DNA of 64,000 nucleotides from Plasmodiophora brassicae (Eukaryota): NCBI GenBank assembly GCA_036867785.1, contig CP145421.1, positions 62,001 to 126,000 of the forward strand, read 5' to 3'. Shown piece by piece: positions 55,635 to 64,000 of this stretch (position 1 is its first letter; each line of letters starts with the position of its first letter). The notes under the pieces were generated by a model. It saw only the letters and a program-made list of their open reading frames with translations, ran no database searches and was not told where the DNA came from. The position numbers and the translations under genes were made by a program.

Positions 55635-58600
55635 TTAGATGAATATGCATCGTTTGGATTTTGCAGATTTGAGTATTCTTGTCATTTCGTCTTCGTACTT
55701 CCATAGAGCTTCTGCGAAGGAGTTTTTCCATAATCGTTCGTATGTTTCGCGCTCATGTTGTAGTTTGTGGCGTAGTGCAGTGCAGTGTACCAGTTGGTGT
55801 TCGATAGTCTCCTCAGCACTGTTGCAGTGCCTGCATTGGTCTGATTCTCCGGACATTGTTTTGTCAATATTGTGTAGGTGCTTACGCGCTGCACTGTGCC
55901 CGGACCGTGCTCTGTTGAGAAGTGGATGCGTATGTAGCTTTCTGCTGTTGAACGCGATGTCCCATGCGTCGTCTATGTATCGTTTTCGTTTCGGGTAGTC
56001 GTCCCACTTGCTGTCTTTGATGTTATTTGTTAGGTAGTCTTCTAGCCGCTCGGCTGCTAGTCGTCTTAGATGGAGTTTGTAGGAGGACAGGAGTGGTGTG
56101 TGGTTTACCCCACATTTTCCTTTCTTTGCTGCTCGCTTTGCGAGCTTGTCAATCTCCTCGTTATGACCTATTTCCAGGTATCTGATCCTTTTTCTGCTCT
56201 CCGAGTCTGTCTCCGAGTCGTCCTCGCTGCTTTCCTCAGTCAATGACGCATTTTGCGTAGGTAGTGAGTCGTGCAATGTGTTTGTGTTGTCCTCTTCTTC
56301 TGCCCTTTGGCCCGTGTGGTTCGTGCCGTCATTGGCTTTGCTTTTGTCTGCATCCGATGTTTGTGTTTGATTCCCCATCTGCGATCTGGGGTGGATTGGC
56401 GGGTTTTCGTAGTCTCGACTCGGGGTTTGGTCAGTGACTGTTTGCCTGGGTGGATTTTCTCTGTCAGTGTCCGTGTTTACATACGACTCCGAGCATTCGG
56501 TCTTCTGTGAACTTGTGTCCGTATTTTCTTCATCTGGTTTTGGGACGTGGCTGGGGATGAAGTGTATGTGTACCTCGTTGTTATTCTCTATTAGGTTGGC
56601 CAGCTTGTCAGCATTAGCTGCGACCTCGTCGTGCACCCTTTTTGGCCTTGTTGGGAGCGATTGCAGCTGTGTGATCCACGATAAGGAGTCCGAGAAGATG
56701 TGTACTTTGGTGTCGTTGAAGTTCTCATCGATGGCGACGTCCAGTCCGCATCCTAATGCAATGAGTTCTGTTTCGTAGCTGGAACGGACGATGACCGGGC
56801 TTAAGGCGGTTTCTCTCACTGTTTCAGTGGGCGGGTACTCCCTATTGTCTATGACGAGCGCAGCTGCTCCTGCGTTCTCCCCAGGGGTCAGGCTTCCATC
56901 AGTCCATATTTCTATAGGTGGTTCTTGGGGTAGTAGCTCGTCTGTGAGGTGTTTTTCGATCGCTTCTGATCTAGAACTCGTGTGGAATTGCACCTGATAG
57001 AGTTTTTCCAGTGTCTGTTCACTTAGTTTTACTTTTGGATGTACTTCAGTGTACGTTCTGGGCATGTCCTCGTTGAGGGTCTTCCCCACTATTCCTAGGG
57101 GGCTCCATCCATCTCCCTCACCGTCCCAAGTGCTGTATTCTCTACCTAGCAGGGTGTCATTGGCAATTGCTGACAGGACTGTCATGGTAGCGCTTGTGCA
57201 TATCGCGTCTCGTAATAGCGGAAATCCAGTCATTGCGTGTAGGAGGGGAATTGGTGTGGATCTGAACGCTCCTGAGTATGTCCTCATGTACTCATTGTAA
57301 GCTGTTTCTAGGGGCTTGATGGCACTTTTCATTTCTTTACCTGTTTCTGCCCCAAGTATCGGCATGTAGTAATTTAGTTTGCCCCCGATGAATCCTTTGC
57401 ATATTTGGTGGTATATTTTAATTGGGAAGTTGTATTTTAGCAGCGACCTGACTACTTTGCTTCTTTGTTTTATGCTGGCCGCTACACCATTAAGGTCGAT
57501 CATCATCATACCATGTCTGTTTTCCTCATTAGCCCTTAGTGTGATTCCTAGGTATTTGACCTCTGGTGCTGTCCTTATACTGGTTTTGTTTGTTTTAAGA
57601 GCGTCGTCCGGGTTGTACTCGTTGAATAATATTACCGTCTTGTCCCAGTTGATTTTAATATGGTTGGCATCGCACCACTTCATTAGTGCCGCGTTCTTTT
57701 TGTGTAGAGTGCGTTTCACTTGTTTCTTCGTTCTCCCAGTGGCCCAAGAGGCGATGTCATCTACATATATGTTGCTAGAGTCTTCGTCGAGTGGTGCATC
57801 GTAGACGTAAATAGCCCAGAGTAGGACACTGAGGCTGGATCCTTGCGGAATGCCACTGGTTTGAGGGTGTTGTTTGGAGGTGGATCCTCGGTGTGATACC
57901 TCGAACTTTCTGTTTTTGAGCCATTCATCGATTATGAGGATGAGGTATGGGTCAATTTGCATCTTACGCATTTTCGATATTAGTTTTATATGCTGCACCC
58001 TGTCGAAGGCTTTTGCGAAGTCGTAGAATATTGTTGCGAACTGCTGATTTTTGGCTGCTGCGCATCCTGCATGGTGAAGTAGGCGCATTAATGCTTGCGC
58101 TGTGTTGTGGGCTTCCCTACCCCCCGTCTGGTTTGTCGGGAGGTGCTGTTCTGCTTGGTGTCTAATTCGGGTTTCAATAATCGATTCAGTTATCTTGGCT
58201 AAGTTGGCCAGGAGGGCTATTGGGCGGTATTCGCCTGGTTTTGACTTCGGGATGGGCCTGACTTTGGCGATTTTGAGGTCGTTTGGGAAATGTCCGTATT
58301 TGATTATGTCATTGTTGATGGCTGCCAGGAAATAGGTCGCTATGGTCTCGTCCTCGCACGCTCTCTTTATGAGTGCGTTGGTGACGCCATCGTAGCCTCC
58401 GGCGGATCTCGTTTTGGCTCGTTTTAGGGCCTTGTCAAGTTCTCTTTGTGTGATCGGCTCTGGTGGTTGGATTTCATTTTCTGCTTGTAACTCCATGATT
58501 AGTGATTGGTGCGTGATATCTTCTTCTTCCGTCACTTTTAGGTCGTCAGCGTTATAGATGTTTGCGAATGTTTTTGCGATTTCTTCTGTTTCTAATCCTG

Positions 58601-60389
58601 CTCTTTCCGTATTGGTTCTGAGGGGCTGTCGTTTGCTGTTCAGGTCGGGGTTGATTTGCTTAATGAGTTTCCAAGTAGCAGCGCCTGTGGAGTCTGCGAT
58701 AGCCGTCTCTGCCAGGGCTGTGTATTTCTCGAGCTTTGCTTCTTTGTACTCTCTCAGTACCTCTTTGTTCGTGACTCGCACTGTTTCGCGCAGTTCTTCT
58801 ATGTGTGGCTCCGGTTTCTTCTCTCGTTTGGCCTTACGGAGCTGTTCATTTGCCTGTTCTTTTTTGCAGCATGCTTCGGCGAGGGCTGGGGTCCAGAACC
58901 TATGAGTTTCTTTTGGTACTGTTTTGTACGCTATACTTTCCATGATAATGCTGTTCAGTTTGCTTAGGTGGGCGTGGTCGTTACTTTCATTTTCTAGTGC
59001 TAATGATATGTTTTCTACTGTCAGGTTAATGTCTGTTGTTGTTTTGGTGTCGCTTCCGTCATAAGATTCTTCATTGGCGCCAACTGGGATTAATGTTTCT
59101 GTGATCGTGATTACATGGTCGCTATCCATGGCAGGGCCTGTCTTCCAAGCAACGATGTCTTCTCGTGCTTCACTGTTGCACATGGTGATGTCTAGGACGC
59201 TGCCTTTTTCCTCGTTGGCTGGGTCGTATCTCGTGGGTAGTGCTATATTGTTTAGGACCTCGAACTCTGTTAGCAGCGAGTCTATCTCGTGTTTTCGGGC
59301 CGTCACCGTGGGATCGAATCGACGGTCACGCGTATTAAGGTCTCCTGTGATTATTGTAGGTCTGTTCTCTTTTTCGACTAAGCGTTCTATTTCTGCCCAG
59401 TATGCCTTTCGCGTTCCCCGCTTTACATCCGGGGCGATGTATGGGTGAATGAGTAGCATTACGTTGTTGATTATTGCCACCTGAGTAGCTATTCTTTTGT
59501 TTTCAAAACGAGCAAGCGGTTCCAGTTGTTCCTTAGGAAACTCTTTGACGTCCGTGTTCTTTGTCCAGAAAATTCCCGACTGCGTATTCAGATCAGTGTG
59601 CATGTGGTTGGGGAAATGTGCTATCTGCCTCCTGTGTCCCAGTTCCGAGATGCATAGTATGTGGATATTGTTCTGTTTTGCATATTCTGACAGCCGCTCT
59701 GCTTTGAGCTTGGTTAGTGTTCGGGCATTCCATTGCCCAATGCTTAGCGTAGCAATTTCCTCGTCCTCCGGGTTTGGATCCTGTCGAGGGTCTACCGTGG
59801 TGATATACTCTAATATTGATGTCTGCCTGGATGTCGGCTTGTTGCTAGGCCCGTTGCCTGGCGGGGGGATTCTATATATTGCATCTCGCGCTTCTTCAAG
59901 CCTCTTGTTGTAGGCTGTGTTGCACAGTGGTCGTGCTATTAGTGGCTCGTGGCCTTTATTTGTGGGTGCACCTGTGGCTGTTGAGTTTGTATTGGACGCT
60001 GGGGGTAGATGTGGTATGGAGACTCGCGTGGGCAATTCGGGAGGTCGAGTTTGTTTGTTGTGTTCGTTCACAGTGTACCGCTCGTGCGGTTGGGTAATGT
60101 ACCGCTCGTGCGGTTGGGTAAGGTACCGTTCGTTCGGTTGGGTAAGGCACCGCTCGTGCGGTTGGGTAGGGCTCCGCTCGTGCGGTAGGTGCAGGTGTGT
60201 GTCCTGCATGGAATGGGTTCGCCGTTTGTTGCTAGCGGCTGTGTAGCCCTCCTGCTGATCGCAGGTAGCTAGAGGGGCCAGAGCCGCCCGACCAGTGCGG
60301 TCTTCTGGGCGGCTGCCTGGGGCGCTGTACGCGTCGCCCACATGGGTCCCTCTCCCACTCTGGTTCTTGATCTTGACGACGACCTCCAT
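55635..60389 (-). CDS. LINE polyprotein: AP endonuclease, RT, RNase H and C-terminal zinc knuckle
   Basis: QWNART, ISE, TGDLN and SDH; GIPQGSSLS and YVDD; WTDGS, ETEL, FSDS, HFIPSH..NEEIDKLAK; CRHC..ETIEHQLVHC. Confidence 0.93.
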   Translation of the reverse strand: MEVVVKIKNQSGRGTHVGDAYSAPGSRPEDRTGRAALAPLATCDQQEGYTAASNKRRTHSMQDTHLHLPHERSPTQPHERCLTQPNERYLTQPHERYITQPHERYTVNEHNKQTRPPELPTRVSIPHLPPASNTNSTATGAPTNKGHEPLIARPLCNTAYNKRLEEARDAIYRIPPPGNGPSNKPTSRQTSILEYITTVDPRQDPNPEDEEIATLSIGQWNARTLTKLKAERLSEYAKQNNIHILCISELGHRRQIAHFPNHMHTDLNTQSGIFWTKNTDVKEFPKEQLEPLARFENKRIATQVAIINNVMLLIHPYIAPDVKRGTRKAYWAEIERLVEKENRPTIITGDLNTRDRRFDPTVTARKHEIDSLLTEFEVLNNIALPTRYDPANEEKGSVLDITMCNSEAREDIVAWKTGPAMDSDHVITITETLIPVGANEESYDGSDTKTTTDINLTVENISLALENESNDHAHLSKLNSIIMESIAYKTVPKETHRFWTPALAEACCKKEQANEQLRKAKREKKPEPHIEELRETVRVTNKEVLREYKEAKLEKYTALAETAIADSTGAATWKLIKQINPDLNSKRQPLRTNTERAGLETEEIAKTFANIYNADDLKVTEEEDITHQSLIMELQAENEIQPPEPITQRELDKALKRAKTRSAGGYDGVTNALIKRACEDETIATYFLAAINNDIIKYGHFPNDLKIAKVRPIPKSKPGEYRPIALLANLAKITESIIETRIRHQAEQHLPTNQTGGREAHNTAQALMRLLHHAGCAAAKNQQFATIFYDFAKAFDRVQHIKLISKMRKMQIDPYLILIIDEWLKNRKFEVSHRGSTSKQHPQTSGIPQGSSLSVLLWAIYVYDAPLDEDSSNIYVDDIASWATGRTKKQVKRTLHKKNAALMKWCDANHIKINWDKTVILFNEYNPDDALKTNKTSIRTAPEVKYLGITLRANEENRHGMMMIDLNGVAASIKQRSKVVRSLLKYNFPIKIYHQICKGFIGGKLNYYMPILGAETGKEMKSAIKPLETAYNEYMRTYSGAFRSTPIPLLHAMTGFPLLRDAICTSATMTVLSAIANDTLLGREYSTWDGEGDGWSPLGIVGKTLNEDMPRTYTEVHPKVKLSEQTLEKLYQVQFHTSSRSEAIEKHLTDELLPQEPPIEIWTDGSLTPGENAGAAALVIDNREYPPTETVRETALSPVIVRSSYETELIALGCGLDVAIDENFNDTKVHIFSDSLSWITQLQSLPTRPKRVHDEVAANADKLANLIENNNEVHIHFIPSHVPKPDEENTDTSSQKTECSESYVNTDTDRENPPRQTVTDQTPSRDYENPPIHPRSQMGNQTQTSDADKSKANDGTNHTGQRAEEEDNTNTLHDSLPTQNASLTEESSEDDSETDSESRKRIRYLEIGHNEEIDKLAKRAAKKGKCGVNHTPLLSSYKLHLRRLAAERLEDYLTNNIKDSKWDDYPKRKRYIDDAWDIAFNSRKLHTHPLLNRARSGHSAARKHLHNIDKTMSGESDQCRHCNSAEETIEHQLVHCTALRHKLQHERETYERLWKNSFAEALWKYEDEMTRILKSAKSKRCIFI
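60075..60190 (-). repeat. 24-nt tandem repeat (~5 copies) encoding QPHERYLT-like octapeptides
   Basis: The plus-strand unit CCGCTCGTGCGGTTGGGTAAGGTA is repeated with variation. Confidence 0.9.
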
Positions 60390-62735
60390 CTCACGGCATT
60401 TTCGCGGACTGTCCGCAGCAGCGTTGCTGAGGCTGGACTTACACGAACGGTACACGTTCGACAACGATAACCCATATTTGTTCGGGTGCCCGGACTCGTT
60501 TCCGGTGTCGTTACCGATTGTGTTCCAAGGCCATATCAAGTCGTACGTCTTGAATGATATGGAGCGTGCGTGACTGCATGCGACACTGATCGACGAGGAG
60601 CAATGGCCCACCATTTGGAACCATCCATGGAGGCGCCAATACGTGCTCCTCGTCAAGCAGTTCGAGCGTTCCACTGGAAATCTGATTTCGTCCTATCATC
60701 ACGTCAAGTGCCAGCTCTCCAACTTTGACGCATTCTGTCAGACTGGAGACATTCAGCGGCAGTTCCAAGGTCTATGTCTTCCAAGTCGCCTGGATTGCTG
60801 TGATCGTCTTCTCGTTGGTACGTGTGTCTTATGGCGAATGTTGCTGTTAATCAGATTTAACCGTTGCAGATCTTAGGCGCGTGTCTCTTCCGAACGCAGG
60901 ATGCTGATACCTCCTACCAGAAGTCGAGCAATTGTCACTTCTTGGCGAACTTCACTGACGACGGCCTCTACCTTGGAACAGCCGCGATGTTCTGCATGCT
61001 GGAACTACCGTATCTCGATGACCATGGCCAATCTGACATTTTCCCTATTATCCGCGTTTCCGCCTGGAAGAAGCTCAAGCGCGTTGGGGGCCTTGTCGGT
61101 GGGAGACTGCCACAGTATATCAGAGGTTCACTCAATCTTTGTTGATGTCTCTCATGTATTGAGTTGTACAATTGTTCAGGAAATCCTATCCGACCTGGTG
61201 ATGACGAATCGCCATGGGTTGCTGCCGATGAGATCGAAAGCAACAATGTGGTCCTTGTTTCCTGCCAAATTCCATATGATGGCCGTCGTGTTCACGCTAA
61301 ACTTGTCTGCGTAGTTCCTCGTGAGAGGGCGCGCCTTTCGCGGTGCCGGCTCGGTATTTACCACCAACGCACCTTTCTGTTCCGTCCCGAGGGTGCGTCT
61401 CCACCACACGATTGTTGAATACGGGCCCGATGCTGCACCTCCGCCACACACTGACAAGGTGGCGCGCGATCCAAATTCCGATCCGGGCCCCAATACCGAC
61501 GACTACTTGGCACACGCGTCCTCATTCTTCAAATGCCGTCACCGGGTTACCAACAGTTTGTCGGGCGAGGGCCCCACCAGCCCCGGACGCCGGAACGCAA
61601 GGCGCTGTGTGCCTGGTTTCCGAGCGTGTATGCTAGGTACTGCTCCTGTGTGCGTGTGTATCCGAAATCGACGACGCTCATTACTCCCGTCTTTCAGTAT
61701 TTACACTTCAGGGCAGCGAGAGATCAACGATCCGGTTAAGAACGCGATCCTACACCAGAGGATCCTGTCGGAAGGGCCTGTGCGGTTGGGTTTGCCCGCC
61801 GAAGACTGGACCTTGGAGGACACTCGTCAGCGTATGTCGACCATGTAGAATTTCACGTTAGAGTCGTTCTAATTTGTCGAAGTCATCAAACAACATCGGA
61901 GGTCACTTCACCGGAAGTTGGGTCAAGTTCGTCGGCGAAACTCATCAGCTGCGGCGTCTGACCGTCCGCGGTGCAATGCTATTTTCAAGGATCTTTCACG
62001 TACGTCGAGCACTTCCGTCTCTGGGGACTAATTTGATACCGGTCTATTTGATGTGCAGTTGAAGATGATCACTTGTTCAACTTCTTGGCACAGATACGAA
62101 ACGAGTTCGTCAATATGGCGGAACAGCCCATTTTCGCCAGTGATTCCTTTCGTTCGGTATTTTCAGAGGCCATCAAGAGGGCGCTGCGAGACGCGGTACG
62201 TATTCGATGGTTCTGACGACCCCATTAGTCCCAGTATCAAGGGGCGCAGCAGCATGGCCAAAATCGTACGCAACGACAACGGTAACATCATATGTTGCCT
62301 CATTGCTTTATGTATGAATTTAGGTGGAATTGCGGGCAGGCGCGTTGGAGGGTACGGCCGCTTTTGTTGGCGTCCAGTTGTATCATCTGATCAGAATTGC
62401 AGATTATAGAACACGAGGATGTACGAGGGCGGCGGATATGCAACGTACGAAATTTGTTCCACTTGCCGATCCTGACGGCACGTCGACGTCGCGGTCGGGT
62501 GGATCGGCGCCCATCAAGAAACAGTTACAATAAACCATTCGTTGATTCTATTCTGTTGTTAGCGAGAATATCAAATACGATAGTGTCTCAATGCCTGGGG
62601 TACCATTCCATTCTATTACTATACCGGTAGGGAGAGCAAAAAACCATACGATGTTTTTTGGAAGGACGTCCGTTGAGCGCATTTTTTGCAAAATCGGGTC
62701 CCGAAATCGGCACCAAATTGGCACTACCTACACTC

Positions 62736-64000
62736 TGTCAGACTTTCGCCCAGTAGCTCCAGCTTCGATCGGGATGCCCTCGGAACATTCCGAGAGGCAA
62801 CTAACCTGCGGACTGCGCGATACATAAAAATCATTCTGGTGTTGTATTGCGTCGAGGCGGACCGTCCACTTCTGTCAGATTAACAGTCGTAAGAGGCGCT
62901 GCGATGTCGGACGGGACGGTCGATCCGGTGGGCAAGAAGGGCATGGGGTCGCTTGCCCGGATCAGGGACGCGGCCGAAGACTTCAAGGAAGCGTTCGTCA
63001 CCGACACACTGGAATCACTGAGGCCCGAGCACGAGCTCGCGCGAGAGGCGGTCGTCAACAGCATCAATCGCATGGCTGCCTGCAAGCAAAATTGGACACG
63101 AGCGATGAGGGCACTGAAGCTCGAGGACGATGATAACGTTGATGTCGTCGCTGCCATGATGCTGACCATGCGAATGACGGACGACTGGATGGAACTTCTA
63201 GAGGACATGTACTGCGATCGCCTAGGGGTCAGGAGGAAGCGAACGCAAGCATCGGAGCGGGCGCAGGCATTGCGATCGAACCCTGAAACAGTTACGCGAT
63301 CGGCCACGACAAAGGAACTTGGGATCTCGACCAGAGTTGCGAAGTACTCAGGGACAGATGGTATCTGTGCGACGTGGTTCGTTGACTTTGAGGGAATCAT
63401 GAACATGCTCCAAGTGAACGAGGCGATGTGGCGCGTAATATCTGAACGGATGTTTCGTGGGCAAGGCAGGGAAGGCGTACACGACGTTCAAGCAGAGCCG
63501 GCCTGATGGATGGAATTATGATGAGCTGAAGGAATACATGGTCGACATGTTTGACACCAAGGAGATGAAGGACTTATCGAGGGACTTAGACTGGATTCGT
63601 CAACAACCGAAGGAGATGGCGAGTGACTTCAGACTACGCTGGGAGGAACTGATGTCCAAGATTACCCAGAAGGGGACGGTGATGACGGAGGAATTCCAGA
63701 TTTCGATTTTGAGGAACCGAATGTTGAGACGCTACGACTTGGATGTCAAGGACTTCGAGACTAAGGGTGAGCTGTTCAAGCACTGCATTGCCAAGGACCC
63801 TAAAGGCATGCGATCGAGCAAGAGGGACGGCAAGAAAGAGGATGACGAAGACACGGTGATGTTCACCCTGAGGAACGGGAAGAAGGTCAACCTGGCCACC
63901 GTTAAATGTCACCGATGCAACCAGATGGGACACTTTCAATGGATGAGAGACAAGTGCAATAAGGCCGGCAGTGACGACGGCAAAAGTGAGGACGGAGAGA
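62736..64000 (+). mobile_element. 5' part of another LTR retrotransposon: putative LTR ~62736-62885 and gag from ATG 62904 (frameshift near 63480), running off the window
   Basis: Gag-like WFVDFE..WNYDELKEYMVDMF..IRQQPKEMASDF and a knuckle CHRCNQMGH..C. The TGTCA...TAACA LTR boundary is tentative. Confidence 0.65.

Larger units (their letters stand above)
55177..60411 (-). mobile_element. Full-length single-ORF LINE (APE-RT-RNase H-CCHC), 14-bp TSD TCCGCAGCAGCGTT, 3' AATAAA + (AACTT)n tail
   Basis: The TSD lies at 55163-55176 and 60412-60425. The plus strand shows AAGTTAAGTTAAGTTAAGTTTATT at 55177. The host reading frame LISAAAL|LRLDLHER is restored on removal. Confidence 0.95.
52250..62735 (+). 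mobile_element. CACTA/EnSpm-like DNA transposon with intron-containing transposase (~53100-61140), interrupted by a LINE
   Basis: Left end CACTG with AAGTGCCGA subterminal repeats; inverted TCGGCAC/TTGGCACT copies at 62707-62725. Tnp2-like motifs DWTDG, GIDG..SVTP..LNLP..R..GLIP and HDPMH, plus DUF4218-like MKSHDW and HSLIHLP..GP..WTYPMER. Confidence 0.78.

Noticed and set aside
59760-59880. Possible 2A (DxExNPGP) peptide ahead of the LINE endonuclease, as in ingi/L1Tc
   Set aside because: Only PGNGP and DPNPE are present; the consensus is not met.
60390-60674. N-terminal extension of the 1679-aa LINE ORF
   Set aside because: It lies mostly outside the TSD (60412-60425), so it is chance read-through into the antisense strand of the host transposon.

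Overview
This is eukaryotic, GC-rich DNA with short (~50-75 nt) GT-AG introns and CTGAC/CTAAC branch points. The style and gene set (flagellar CFAP58, signal-peptide RING and ankyrin proteins) suggest a zoosporic protist such as a plasmodiophorid; that assignment is inference only. Bases 1-23 kb are gene-dense: LRR-RhoGAP, a spliced signal-peptide RING-H2-like protein missed by the ORF track, HemK, CFAP58, tyrosinase, a dolichol/phytol-kinase-like membrane protein, CLU, Nup133, a TBC RabGAP and a RING-HC protein. Bases 23-32 kb are a transition zone with hAT-like ends, a decayed non-LTR RT, an orphan Hsp60 3' fragment and a 6-exon leader-ankyrin-ABC1 kinase gene. Bases 32-64 kb are a nested transposon cluster: Copia <- Gypsy B <- Gypsy A; Gypsy D <- Gypsy C; CACTA <- full-length LINE; and the start of another LTR element. 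None of the four Gypsy elements has a canonical tRNA primer-binding site. B and D have very short LTRs with Tf1-like self-priming complementarity and a conserved GGGAAAT -1 frameshift signal. A and C (RT motif WIDD) instead carry a perfect palindrome abutting the 5' LTR, which is the most novel-looking signal in the window.
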